DNA from: Bdellovibrio sp.
Lineage (GTDB): Bacteria; Bdellovibrionota; Bdellovibrionia; Bdellovibrionales; Bdellovibrionaceae
Length of the DNA: 64,000 nucleotides
Reading direction: 5' to 3'
Assembly (NCBI GenBank): GCA_036677065.1
Contig: JAKFBS010000002.1
Coordinates: 448,001-512,000 of the forward strand
The translations under genes and the position numbers were made by a program. The number at the start of each line of letters is the position of its first letter. Position 1 is the stretch's first letter. Positions 48,304 to 58,520 of the stretch are shown here, piece after piece. The notes below the pieces were generated by a model that had not been told where the DNA came from, did no database searches, and saw only the letters and a list, made by a program, of their open reading frames with translations.

Positions 48304-48753
48304 TCACTGCATATTGCGGCCGGTTCGCGACGCGGGAGCGCTTTGCGATATTCGGCTCACTGCAGCCTCAAACTGCTCTGGTGAAAATTCAGAAAGAGAA
48401 ATATCTCCTAATGATAAAACTCCAACTAATCTTTTATCCCGGTTCAAGACCGGAAGACGACGAACTTGATTATCACCTAAATTACGTGTGACTTCTTCAA
48501 GCGTTTGATCTTCAAAGCAGTACAACACTTTTTTAGACATCACTTCATGTACTTTTGTTGTGTCTGGCGATAGGCCCGAGGCCACACCGCGAATGGCGAT
48601 ATCACGGTCAGTGACTGTACCGATTAATTTATCGTTTTCTTGAATTGGTAAAAAACCAAAATCCCCGTCGCGCATCAAACAAGCCACTTCTTTGAGTGAC
48701 ATGTCGGGGCGCCCAAGCTCTACATAATTTGACATGCATTCTTTGACTAACAT
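48304..48753 (-). CDS. CBS domain protein
   Basis: VTDRDI, VRRLPV tandem CBS domains; AAGGAG RBS. Confidence 0.93.
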   Translation of the reverse strand: MLVKECMSNYVELGRPDMSLKEVACLMRDGDFGFLPIQENDKLIGTVTDRDIAIRGVASGLSPDTTKVHEVMSKKVLYCFEDQTLEEVTRNLGDNQVRRLPVLNRDKRLVGVLSLGDISLSEFSPEQFEAAVSRISQSAPASRTGRNMQ

Positions 48754-48768
48754 AAATTTCTCCTTCAC

Positions 48769-49251
48769 TTATGGTGTTGTTATTTCCAGTCGTTCTTGCT
48801 CTGGTGATAAATCCACACCGACATGGTCTTTAGCAACTAGAGTATACCCGTGATAAGCGGCCACCACTGTTAAGCCAAAACCTAATCCTGTGATCATGGT
48901 ATTGATTATATTCGGAAGAACGTTTGCATTGAAGGTTCCCCAAATTAGATACAGATTTATCGAAAATAAAATTAAAGACGTTACATTTAAGGCTGCGTGG
49001 ATGTAGCCCCGCTTTTTTGCTGGCGAGCTTTTCGGCACGCCTGCATATAAATCAATGGCTCCTGGCAGAGCCGCAATAACTGCAGCACACACACCGGCAA
49101 GATTTGTCATAAATGCCACACGATACCAAAAAAGATTTTCTGTACCCTGAAATAAACAAAAACTAACAAAAGCACCAGTATAAAATACGATGGGAAAACT
49201 GACCAACATTGGGTGAACGGCCCGCCCCAATATTTTGACTTTGCTATACAT
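48769..49251 (-). CDS. DUF2231 membrane protein
   Basis: HPMLVSFPI, PGAID, HAALN, G..LV. Confidence 0.88.
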   Translation of the reverse strand: MYSKVKILGRAVHPMLVSFPIVFYTGAFVSFCLFQGTENLFWYRVAFMTNLAGVCAAVIAALPGAIDLYAGVPKSSPAKKRGYIHAALNVTSLILFSINLYLIWGTFNANVLPNIINTMITGLGFGLTVVAAYHGYTLVAKDHVGVDLSPEQERLEITTP

Positions 49252-49291
49252 AATAATTTCCTTTCGTTTAAGGTTTAATACAGTTTTAATG

Positions 49292-49307
49292 AGCAAGTTA
49301 AAGGCCC
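49292..49307 (-). promoter_or_regulatory. sigma54-like promoter GGGCCT-N5-TTGCT
   Basis: GG-N10-GC upstream of the DUF2231-CBS operon. Confidence 0.5.
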
Positions 49308-49365
49308 GCGTTAAAAAACTTATGCTGCCTTATCCCAATTTGAGACTCGAAACTTTAGAATACTT

Positions 49366-49391
49366 TAAAGATCGCAGGCCTTAGGTCCGAT
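49366..49391 (+). promoter_or_regulatory. FliA (sigma28)-like promoter TAAAG-N15-TCCGAT
   Basis: Same architecture as 58486-58511. Confidence 0.55.
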
Positions 49392-49402
49392 ACCTAGACT
49401 AT

Positions 49403-50314
49403 ATGCCAGATCAATACCTGCACCGCATTTTACCTCATATTAAAGATACCTTCTCTGATGCAGAAATTTCTATTAAGGCAAACCACGCTGTGGTTGAAAA
49501 CTTAAATCACAATTTTACTTTGATCTTAGAAGATAACAAAATTCACAACGACGATTCGTTTGGTTTTGTTAAATTGAAAGTACCGATTGATAGCCAAGGT
49601 TTAAATTACGAACAGCTGAATCTATTTGTCGCGCAAATGAATCATTGTCATCGCGGTTGCCACTGGGCCATAGACACCGTTACAGATACGATGTCATCAG
49701 ATGAGGTGCAACTTTATCTCTATGCTACGATGATTACAGAACTTGGCCGTCGAATTGATGATAAAGATCAGATCGTGATGGAAATTTTAAATTTACAAAA
49801 AATGAAATATTACACTGATCAGTATTTAACCGAGATGAAATCTAATCCGTTGTGGCTAAAAAGTTTTTCATTAACTTATGGTAAAAATATTATTCCCTGT
49901 TTAGCGCCCGAGAATTTTTTAAATCCAGAAGATAATTCGATTTACAAGCGCACGATCAAGCATATGGAAAAGCTGAATTATCGCATCGAACAGATCAATG
50001 GCTCATGTTTTAAAGTGACCAACGAAAAGCTGACGGTTTCGGTTCTGACTTTTCTAGGGCCAGAACTTATGAGTATTTATTCAGTGGTCACAGAAGAAAA
50101 TAAAACTTTTCTGAATCTAAAAAAACTGCTGAATGAACGCAATCAAGACTTGATCATGGGCCATTATGAAATATCGCCTATTGCCCAGATCGTAGGATAC
50201 ACTAACTACCTACGTTTAGCTGATGGCATGCGTGATATTAAGCTACGTTTGTTTTTAGACTCTCCAGACATTGCTAAAATGATTTATTTTGACAATCAAT
50301 CTGTTGCCGCCTAA
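49403..50314 (+). CDS. Hypothetical protein (possibly two YbjN-like domains)
   Basis: 303 aa ORF; two repeats of helix-N-beta pattern. Confidence 0.6.
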   Translation: MPDQYLHRILPHIKDTFSDAEISIKANHAVVENLNHNFTLILEDNKIHNDDSFGFVKLKVPIDSQGLNYEQLNLFVAQMNHCHRGCHWAIDTVTDTMSSDEVQLYLYATMITELGRRIDDKDQIVMEILNLQKMKYYTDQYLTEMKSNPLWLKSFSLTYGKNIIPCLAPENFLNPEDNSIYKRTIKHMEKLNYRIEQINGSCFKVTNEKLTVSVLTFLGPELMSIYSVVTEENKTFLNLKKLLNERNQDLIMGHYEISPIAQIVGYTNYLRLADGMRDIKLRLFLDSPDIAKMIYFDNQSVAA

Positions 50315-50326
50315 AAAAACTGTTCC

Positions 50327-50980
50327 ATGAATAAAAAATCAAAATATTTTAAGCATTATAAAAATAAACCCTATCGTTATGTAGGTGTTGCGAAACACTC
50401 TGAAGAATTAAAAGACTATGTGATCTATGAATGCTTATATCCAAATGATTTAGCGACATTATGGATTCGCCCGAAAGACATGTTTTTTGAAGTCAGTGAA
50501 TTTCAGGGAAAGACGACTCCCCGTTTTGCACAAGTGCCCTTCGAAATCAAAAAATTCTCTGGGCTGGTTTCTGAAATTCAAGCACCGCTATTACAGCTTT
50601 GCCAAGACGCTTTCACAGATTTTGAAGAAGAAAAATTTAAACTGCGGTTTAAGAATCAAAAGAACATGATGATATTTTGTTTTTTCTACGAGCAAGAACT
50701 TGTGGGTTTTAAAGCCGGCTATGAATTAGATGAAACAAAATATTACAGCTGGATCGGCGCTGTCGCAAAAAATCATCGCCAATTAGGCGTGGCACATGCA
50801 CTAATGCAAGAGCAACATGCATGGGCTAAAACGAACAATTATACATTAATACAAACCAAATCCGATAATCGCCATAAAGAAATGATGCAGCTAAATTTAA
50901 AAGCTGGCTTTGATATCGTTGGAACAGAATTTACAAACCTGAGCCCTGTATTGAAGGTTCTTTTTGAAAAGAAACTATAA
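50327..50980 (+). CDS. DUF1653 domain fused to GNAT acetyltransferase
   Basis: HYKNKPY..VAKHSE..VIY..LY..WIRP..MF..PRF, then YSWIGAV..HRQLGVA..NLKAGF. Confidence 0.85.
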   Translation: MNKKSKYFKHYKNKPYRYVGVAKHSEELKDYVIYECLYPNDLATLWIRPKDMFFEVSEFQGKTTPRFAQVPFEIKKFSGLVSEIQAPLLQLCQDAFTDFEEEKFKLRFKNQKNMMIFCFFYEQELVGFKAGYELDETKYYSWIGAVAKNHRQLGVAHALMQEQHAWAKTNNYTLIQTKSDNRHKEMMQLNLKAGFDIVGTEFTNLSPVLKVLFEKKL

Positions 50981-50981
50981 C

Positions 50982-51800
50982 CTATTTCAATACAACAAAT
51001 TGTGCCAAGACATCGCCAGAAACTGATAGAAATTTGATAAGTCCGTTTTCAAAAGTCGCTTTAAAAAATGGAACCGAAGAACTGCTGTGCTTATAACGGT
51101 CGACAACAAAGTATTCTGAATCAGTGTATTTTTTTATGTCATCAACTGAAGTTTGAATCACTTTACGAAAACTGTAGAAAGTCATTTGTTGATTGCAAAA
51201 ATTAAAAGTCAGCATGTTTTTATCGCTGTTTTCAAAATCGCAACAATTAACCCACATAGAATCGACTTGACCCAAAAAGCGATCGTCATTATTACACTCT
51301 ACCAGTAACAACGGCACCCGGTGTTGACGAACCCTAAGGCCAATACTCAGTACGCCCTGCGAAGTTTTAAAATTTAAATGCAGCTTACTTTGGCAAAGGT
51401 TCTGACCAAGAACTTCAATGGCCACTTGATCTGAAAAATAAGTTTTAAATAATTCTCCTAAGCCAGAACCTCCGCCCGAAAGACGCAAGCCCGCATTCAA
51501 CATTTGTTCGTTTCTAAGTTCTATATCGGCGATTAAAACATCTGCCGACAATGCAAGACCCGAATACATAAAATTATCAATCAAACTAAAAGTAATTCCA
51601 AAACTATGTGTTTTTGAACCATAAACATGACCACCAACTGCGGCATCCAAAATGGCGACAACATCAGCCTTAGTTTTTATCGTCGCTAATTTTTCGCTCC
51701 AATTTAAAATTTGCGAATCATCAGCAATTTCTAATTTTTTATTAAGCAGATTCGAAAGCCTTTCGAATAATTTCTTGGTCATGGTTATAAATTTTATCAC
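50982..51800 (-). CDS. Hypothetical protein
   Basis: 272 aa ORF with no recognised motif. Confidence 0.6.
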   Translation of the reverse strand: MIKFITMTKKLFERLSNLLNKKLEIADDSQILNWSEKLATIKTKADVVAILDAAVGGHVYGSKTHSFGITFSLIDNFMYSGLALSADVLIADIELRNEQMLNAGLRLSGGGSGLGELFKTYFSDQVAIEVLGQNLCQSKLHLNFKTSQGVLSIGLRVRQHRVPLLLVECNNDDRFLGQVDSMWVNCCDFENSDKNMLTFNFCNQQMTFYSFRKVIQTSVDDIKKYTDSEYFVVDRYKHSSSSVPFFKATFENGLIKFLSVSGDVLAQFVVLK

Positions 51801-51880
51801 TTAGAATACAAAGTGATACTTTACCTGGCCTAGATAATCCTAAGAAATGCAATATTCGCTCTCAAAATTTGGAGCAAATA

Positions 51881-52798
51881 TTAGTTTTGCACACAACGAT
51901 CAAGACTCACCGTTTGATTTTTAGCAACGCCACTTTCGGTGTAAGAAAGGCTGGCTACACCACACCCTGTGATCGTCATTGAAAAGTTTCCCATCGATGT
52001 GCATGAACCTGTCCAATGTCCTGAAGTTGCACAATTACAGTTCGGTGTGCCCCAGGCCACTGAAACCGGTTGAAATGTGCAAGTTTCACCCGTGGTCGCA
52101 TTCACGATTTCCAAAGCTCCTGAAGCAGCACTTGATAAAATGCGGCTTCCACGCGTATTACCGGTGACTGTAAGTGGTGTTACAGTTCTGGTGTTAAGAC
52201 TTAATAACACTGTTCCATTAGAGCTTAATGAGCGATTAATGCCGTCATTCACGTAAGAAAAAACTCTGGTTGTACCTGAGCCTGTAGCCCAAGTCAGAGT
52301 CGTACCGTAGGTTCCGGTTTTAGTTGCAGACAACGACATGTTATTAGCAGCGATTGTGTAATTAGGCGTAATTCGAATCGCTTGGCCTGCACCTGACATC
52401 ACACAACTTGTGCCACCAGTCCAAGTCATGGCAACAGATCCAGTTAAAACATATCCGCCGATTGTACAGTTATTGAAATTTCTTAAAACTGAATTTGCTG
52501 AACAAGTGCTAAATTCAGCAGTGTTACAAGTGGCCGCTTGCGCCTGTGGAAATAAAGCGAACATCAAATTATCAACAGCTACATTCTTTGCAGGTGAATT
52601 ATTAAAAGTCGGTGCGAAATTTGCGATAGCCGTTGATCCGCGTCCAGCTTCATCAATTGTTGCCATGACATCACCAATCTGACTTGCGACTTCGGCAGGT
52701 GTGTTGGCTTCGCCAAATGAAATCTGTTCTGAAGCGCCACAACCCAAAATCAGGTTACAAACTATAGCTATTAAAACAAGCAAAAGTGTCTTATTCAT
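51881..52798 (-). CDS. Cys/Thr-rich lipoprotein
   Basis: Lipobox ILGC, beta-rich, GGAG RBS. Confidence 0.8.
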   Translation of the reverse strand: MNKTLLLVLIAIVCNLILGCGASEQISFGEANTPAEVASQIGDVMATIDEAGRGSTAIANFAPTFNNSPAKNVAVDNLMFALFPQAQAATCNTAEFSTCSANSVLRNFNNCTIGGYVLTGSVAMTWTGGTSCVMSGAGQAIRITPNYTIAANNMSLSATKTGTYGTTLTWATGSGTTRVFSYVNDGINRSLSSNGTVLLSLNTRTVTPLTVTGNTRGSRILSSAASGALEIVNATTGETCTFQPVSVAWGTPNCNCATSGHWTGSCTSMGNFSMTITGCGVASLSYTESGVAKNQTVSLDRCVQN

Positions 52799-52953
52799 GT
52801 TTACTCCAAATGTTTTATAGAGCTAATTATTGGGCAAAATACCCCGATGTCATCAAGATTGTGTTATTACGCGCGGAGTGCATTAATTTTTTTTTGCAAC
52901 TTCTGCATTTTCATAGGGAAATAGGCCCACAACTACAGTGGAGGGGTTCCATC

Positions 52954-54027
52954 ATGTTAATGCGTTTCTTAATTGTTACTTTATTTTTTAGTTTATCTGT
53001 TCAAGCTTACTCACCAAAAGCAGGTTGGTTATCACAATTAAAATCAATCGATGATTTAGAACTAGTGGCAACTCCAGAACAAAATCACACTCCCCTGTTT
53101 GAAGCTTTCGCTAAAGCACAAAAAACTATTCGCATCGGCATTTTTGGAATCTCATCACAAGAGATGGCTGATCAAATTGAAAAACAAGTTAAACGCGGGA
53201 TCAATGTTACAATCATTTGCGATAAGTACTGTACGAATAATGAAAAACGCAAAGCTATTTTCGAGCAATTAAAAAAAGCTGGTGCCAACATCATGGTGGC
53301 CACTAATGGCTTTACAATCACTCACTGGAAAATGTTTGTGATCGATGAATCATTAGCTTTTGTTTCAACGATGAATTTTATTAGCAGATCAAATCAAATG
53401 CGCGATTTAGGCGTATTTACTGCGGATAAATCTGTGATCTCTGAAATTATCTCTGTCTTTGACCAAGATGTTAAAAATTCGGCGAATCAAACTAACACGA
53501 CACCTGAGTTAGTAAGCACTAATTTAGTATGGAGCCCTAACAATTCTGAAGCTAAACTAGTTGATCTGATTAATTCAGCTGATAAAACCATCGAAATTTG
53601 GATCGAAAACATGGGGCATGTAAAAATACACGCAGCTCTTCAAGAAGCCGTTAAACGTAAAGTTAATGTGCGCGTGTTAACCAGCGTCTGTGGTTTAGGT
53701 ATGTCAGGTACACAAGCTTATAAAAATCTAAAAGACTTAAAATCACGTGGCGTGACCGTTAAAGGAACCCCGTACCCTGCGACTGAAAGCATCCCGTATA
53801 TCCACGCAAAAACAATCAATGTTGATCATCAGGCCGTATTTTTAGGGTCTGAGAACTTTTCTGGAAATTCGATCAATAAAGCTCGTGAATTAGGAATTGT
53901 ATTCAGAGATGTCGCTGTTGAACAGAAGATGGCAGCCCTTTATGAAAAAGATTGGGCCCAATCTGTCGAAATTCCTGATTCGCATCCAGAAAAATGTAGC
54001 CCATTGACTGCAAATACGGAAGAATAG
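52954..54027 (+). CDS. Secreted phospholipase D family protein
   Basis: Two HxKxxxxD motifs (HWKMFVID, HAKTINVD), GSENFS, RELG; signal peptide. Confidence 0.9.
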   Translation: MLMRFLIVTLFFSLSVQAYSPKAGWLSQLKSIDDLELVATPEQNHTPLFEAFAKAQKTIRIGIFGISSQEMADQIEKQVKRGINVTIICDKYCTNNEKRKAIFEQLKKAGANIMVATNGFTITHWKMFVIDESLAFVSTMNFISRSNQMRDLGVFTADKSVISEIISVFDQDVKNSANQTNTTPELVSTNLVWSPNNSEAKLVDLINSADKTIEIWIENMGHVKIHAALQEAVKRKVNVRVLTSVCGLGMSGTQAYKNLKDLKSRGVTVKGTPYPATESIPYIHAKTINVDHQAVFLGSENFSGNSINKARELGIVFRDVAVEQKMAALYEKDWAQSVEIPDSHPEKCSPLTANTEE

Positions 54028-54031
54028 TCAT

Positions 54032-55849
54032 GTGACTATTCTTCATCTATTGTCTCAAAATCAACTGACTGGTGCAGAAGTCTACGCCAGTCAGCTTATC
54101 GATACCCAAGTGGCCGCGGGCCATAAAGTCTATCAAGTCTCTAATGGATTTTATTACCCGACAAAAGCTGAAAAAATTGAACTTAAAGTCGAAACTAAAT
54201 CATTTTTTGAAACCTATAATAGCGTAAAAAAACTTCGCGAGATCATTAAGAAACATAACATCCAAGTCATCCATGCCCATTCTCGTGCAGCTTCAAAGCT
54301 TGCAGACCGTGCCGCTTGCGGAACACCTGTAGGTTATGTAAGTACAATTCACGGACGCCAGCATTTATCTTTTTCAAAACGCTGGAAAAACATCTACGGC
54401 ACCCACCAGATCGCTGTATGCGAAAATATTAAATCGCAGTTAGCCGATGAATTTAATTACAACCCTGAACGCATTAAAGTGATCAGAAACGGAATCAGCA
54501 CAGATTTGTTTTTTCCAAAACGCGTTAACTCTGCAAAAAGCAAAACTGAAACTTTAAAGATTGCCATTATCGGTCGCGCGACCGGCCCTAAAAAAGCCAG
54601 AACTGAAAACACGATTAAATATTTTTCAGAGATTTTCACAAAACAAAATATCACGTGTGAAATTCACCTTATCGGCGCCAATGATAAAGATATCGACCAG
54701 GCTTTACATTCAAAGAATTTACACTTTCACCCGTCACAAAACCTACATCAGGGCATTTACGCGCAATTTGATCTAATTGTGGGCGCAGGGCGCGTGTGTA
54801 TGGAAAGCTTAATGAGCGGCGTGCCGACAATTGCATTTGGTGAAGCAAAATACTTAGGTTTAGTGAAAAAAGAGAATATCACTGAATTTATGCAATCAAA
54901 TTTCGGTGATATCGAAAAAGCTTCATGGGGAACACCAGAAGTAAATGTCGAACAATTAAAAATCGACATCGAAAATTATTATAAATTAAATATCCAAGAA
55001 ATTTTAGATTTAGCCAAGGTGACAAAACTTCACTTCGCGCTTAAAACTGTCAGTGATCAGATTCAAAAAATCTACGAAGCCAGCTACTTTGAAAAGAATC
55101 ACGGAAACTGGATTCCGGTTTTGATGTATCATAAAATCCCGAAGCAAGAATTAGATTCACCACATAAGATTTATGTTACGCAAAGCAATTTTGAAAAACA
55201 TCTGCAGTTTTACAAAAACCAAGGTTTTGAGACAGTTACTTTTTCACAGCTTAAAGAATTTAAAAATGGCACCCGTTCGTTTTCTGAATTTCCGAAAAAA
55301 CCATTAGTGTTAACGTTTGATGATGGTTATTGGGATAATTTCAATAACGCTGACCCGTTACTTAAAAAGTATAACTTCAAAGCTCAGATCTTTTTATTAG
55401 CCAATAGTGATATCTCGCACAATCAGTGGGATGAAACCAATGCTGAAAAAGGTGATAAGATTGTTGCGGGTAGCGATCGTAAGTTATGGCTTAAATCAAA
55501 TTTCGAAATCGGCTCACACGGTTTTAGCCACAAACGCATTACTGAAATGACTTCAGATGTGGCTTTTACAGAGCTAGTCGATTCAAAACGTTCGTTAGAA
55601 AAAGAGTTCGAACGCGAAGTGTGCGTTTATGCGTATACCTACGGTGATACCAACGCTGCCTGTGCAAGGCTTGCAGAAGCTGCTGGTTACGACTTCGCCG
55701 TGAATACGGATACTGGCGGATTAAAGATGTTTGATGATCCCTACCAGATTTTTAGAGTAAATATTTTTCCAGATGAAACGAAGTTTTCTTTATGGAAAAA
55801 AACCTCGTCTTGGTATCGTAAGAATTATTTCCGCAAGCGCGGAAAATAA
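54032..55849 (+). CDS. GT4-like glycosyltransferase fused to NodB polysaccharide deacetylase
   Basis: TGAE, HAHSR, NGI; then LMYH, LTFDDGY, EIGSH, AYTYG. Confidence 0.88.
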   Translation: MTILHLLSQNQLTGAEVYASQLIDTQVAAGHKVYQVSNGFYYPTKAEKIELKVETKSFFETYNSVKKLREIIKKHNIQVIHAHSRAASKLADRAACGTPVGYVSTIHGRQHLSFSKRWKNIYGTHQIAVCENIKSQLADEFNYNPERIKVIRNGISTDLFFPKRVNSAKSKTETLKIAIIGRATGPKKARTENTIKYFSEIFTKQNITCEIHLIGANDKDIDQALHSKNLHFHPSQNLHQGIYAQFDLIVGAGRVCMESLMSGVPTIAFGEAKYLGLVKKENITEFMQSNFGDIEKASWGTPEVNVEQLKIDIENYYKLNIQEILDLAKVTKLHFALKTVSDQIQKIYEASYFEKNHGNWIPVLMYHKIPKQELDSPHKIYVTQSNFEKHLQFYKNQGFETVTFSQLKEFKNGTRSFSEFPKKPLVLTFDDGYWDNFNNADPLLKKYNFKAQIFLLANSDISHNQWDETNAEKGDKIVAGSDRKLWLKSNFEIGSHGFSHKRITEMTSDVAFTELVDSKRSLEKEFEREVCVYAYTYGDTNAACARLAEAAGYDFAVNTDTGGLKMFDDPYQIFRVNIFPDETKFSLWKKTSSWYRKNYFRKRGK

Positions 55850-55856
55850 TTAAAGC

Positions 55857-56159
55857 TTACTTTATTTCTTTCAGAATACAGGTCTTCTTAACGCATTTTG
55901 AGATCAACTTATCACGACCGGCAGGTGGTCTTAATTGTGAATAATTAGGCTGACAATTTTTATACAATTTCGAATAGTACAGATCATCGATTGACGAATA
56001 CTCGTACTCACCGTTCGACAAAGCAACTTTCTTACTCGTTGCAAGTATGACATTACAAATCGAAATCAACGCGCAATCTGAATCCTTTACGCAAACATTT
56101 TTGCTTATTTCGGCAAATATTGAATTAGAGAAAAATAAAATGAGAAAGAAGATTTTCAT
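55857..56159 (-). CDS. Small secreted Cys-rich protein
   Basis: Signal peptide, CxxDSDC, 6 Cys. Confidence 0.6.
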   Translation of the reverse strand: MKIFFLILFFSNSIFAEISKNVCVKDSDCALISICNVILATSKKVALSNGEYEYSSIDDLYYSKLYKNCQPNYSQLRPPAGRDKLISKCVKKTCILKEIK

Positions 56160-56222
56160 AGATAGCTTTAAGTCTAAAACTATCTATGAATTAAAATAAA
56201 CTGTTATTTACAAAACTAGATC

Positions 56223-58163
56223 TTAAAGCCCGAAAGCTTTAAGTGATTGAACCGCGATAACTGCAAGTAAGTAGGCAATAGCATTACTTCCCACTAGTTG
56301 TAGACCAGTCCACAACCAGCTGCCGTTTTCTTTCTTTAATACACCCACAGTCGTTAAACATTGCATGGCGATCATAAAGAAAATGAAAATACCAACTATT
56401 GATGCCACCGTGAAAATCGGTGTGCCATCAGCAAATTTTGCTTCTGCCATTTTTTCTAAGATAGGTGTTGTGTTTTCTTCGTCATCAACTTGGGCATTCA
56501 TTGATAAAGCTAAGCTTGATACGAAAACTTCACGGGCTGCAAAAGATGCCAAGTAGGCAAAGCCTACGCGGCCATCTAAGCCAAGTGGTTTAAATACAGG
56601 CTCGATAGCATTTGAAACTTGCATGGCATAAGTTAGTGGTGCTTGGTCTTCTGGAGTTCCTTCAGCTGCTTTTGGAAAAGTGGTAGCAACCCATAAGATA
56701 ACTGAAAGACCGATAATGATCGGACCAGCCTTTTTTACGAATGAAATTGATTTATCCCAAGACTGGCGAAGGATCGTCGAAAAACGAGGTCTACGGTAAA
56801 ACGGCAAATCCATCATTAAGCGCGAAGTCTGTTGGCTTTCAATCATTTTAGATAAAATAGCTGAAGCAACCGCTCCGACAACAATTGAACCAAAGTATAA
56901 CGAGGCCATCACAAAACCCGCAAGGATGGGGCTACCGTCTGCGAATAAAAATGAAATCAACAGCGCATAAACCGGTAAGCGCGCAGAACAAGACATAAAC
57001 GGAATTGTGAATTGCGCAATCATACGCTCTTTACGTGAAGTGATATTACGAGTTGCCATAATCGCAGGAATCGCGCAGGCAAAACCTGAAAGCATAGGCA
57101 CGAATGAACGGCCACCAAGACCTACTTTTTTAAGTGGCCCGTCGATTAAGGCGGCTACACGCGAAAGATAACCTGTATTCTCGAAAATACCGATTCCAAT
57201 AAAAAGAATAAAAATCTGCGGAACAAAAATAATAACGCCATTGATCGCAGCTAATAAACCATCACCGATAAATTCACCGAAAAGGCCAGGGATATGAGCT
57301 TTTGTGTAATCAATTGAAGTGGCCATGGCTCCATCAATCAAATCCATTAACGGCGCAGCCCACCAGTAAACCGAAGCAAAGAAAAGGGTCATAAGTGCAA
57401 AGAAAAATACATAACCTAGCACTGGGTGCAATAACCATTTATCAACATTAAGAGTGAATTCTAATTGTGATTGGCTTTGAACCGCAGCTTGAGCCGCTTG
57501 GACTTTTTCTTTCATAAAAGCATTCTCTTTTAAAAACTGAGAAATAACTTTTAGCTCCGCAACTTTTTGAGCTTCAGAGTATTTAACTTCATTATATTGA
57601 GATAGTTTTTGTGGTGTGTTTTTTAATAGAGCAACGATTTCAAATAAACCCTTACCTAAAACGCCATCGAACATTACAACATGCTCAACACCTAAGAACT
57701 TTTTGATTTCTAAAATGTTAATTTGTTGTTTTTCTTTAGCCACAAGGTCAGACATTGTTAGTACAACGATCACATGAGAATTCGGCTGAATTAAATGTTT
57801 AGCTAATAATAACTGACGGTTCATTTGAGTCGCATCAACAACTAGGATAACCGCATTGTATTTCACATGGTGAGAATGTTTTAGAATTCCTACAGTGACT
57901 TTTTCATCATCAGATTGTGGATCTAAAGAATAAATTCCCGGAGTATCTACGATACTGACAGGCTTCATATCAGCTTTAGTCGCAAGTTCATTTAGCAGTG
58001 AACCTAACGAGTATTCAACAGTAGCACCTGGGTAATTTACGGTTTTAAATTTTGAACCGGTAAGCCAGTTATACAGAGTGGTCTTACCAGAGTTTGGTGA
58101 GCCGACTAATAAAACATTACGTTCATTTAACGGAGTAAGTGTTTCTTCTACATGGCAAGACAT
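56223..58163 (-). CDS. feoB: Ferrous iron transporter B
   Basis: GSPNSGKT, NYPGATVE, DTPG, GFAC, PFMSCSARLPVY, AAREV. Confidence 0.97.
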   Translation of the reverse strand: MSCHVEETLTPLNERNVLLVGSPNSGKTTLYNWLTGSKFKTVNYPGATVEYSLGSLLNELATKADMKPVSIVDTPGIYSLDPQSDDEKVTVGILKHSHHVKYNAVILVVDATQMNRQLLLAKHLIQPNSHVIVVLTMSDLVAKEKQQINILEIKKFLGVEHVVMFDGVLGKGLFEIVALLKNTPQKLSQYNEVKYSEAQKVAELKVISQFLKENAFMKEKVQAAQAAVQSQSQLEFTLNVDKWLLHPVLGYVFFFALMTLFFASVYWWAAPLMDLIDGAMATSIDYTKAHIPGLFGEFIGDGLLAAINGVIIFVPQIFILFIGIGIFENTGYLSRVAALIDGPLKKVGLGGRSFVPMLSGFACAIPAIMATRNITSRKERMIAQFTIPFMSCSARLPVYALLISFLFADGSPILAGFVMASLYFGSIVVGAVASAILSKMIESQQTSRLMMDLPFYRRPRFSTILRQSWDKSISFVKKAGPIIIGLSVILWVATTFPKAAEGTPEDQAPLTYAMQVSNAIEPVFKPLGLDGRVGFAYLASFAAREVFVSSLALSMNAQVDDEENTTPILEKMAEAKFADGTPIFTVASIVGIFIFFMIAMQCLTTVGVLKKENGSWLWTGLQLVGSNAIAYLLAVIAVQSLKAFGL

Positions 58164-58372
58164 TTGAACTCCTGTTCATTTAACGCAAGCAATGTTTGGT
58201 GAAAACGAATCACCGTAACATTTGAGAAATTTAATTTTTTAATAATTTCAAATTCGACACCCGGGTACAATCCGAAATCAATTAGACGCTCGATCAACAC
58301 TTGATTGGCTTCAGGAGTTGCTTCAACTTGATTAAACCCATTTAACTTTAATAATGTGCTTTTTTCGTTCAT
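58148..58372 (-). CDS. feoA: FeoA-like protein
   Basis: RLIDFGLYPG motif; directly upstream of feoB. Confidence 0.8.
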   Translation of the reverse strand: MNEKSTLLKLNGFNQVEATPEANQVLIERLIDFGLYPGVEFEIIKKLNFSNVTVIRFHQTLLALNEQEFKCLAM

Positions 58373-58485
58373 ACGGTTTTGTAGCTTTCCTTGCTCTAAA
58401 TGAAAACGTTTTGCATTTAAGCCGCTCTTGTTGAAAACCAACTGACTTTATCGCCCTTCGTAAGTCTAGAAAACCCCTCCGCTGG

Positions 58486-58511
58486 TCAAGTCCTATAACC
58501 CTAAGTCCGAT
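58486..58511 (+). promoter_or_regulatory. FliA (sigma28)-like promoter TCAAG-N15-TCCGAT
   Basis: Same architecture as 49366-49391. Confidence 0.55.
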
Positions 58512-58520
58512 CTGGTTTAT

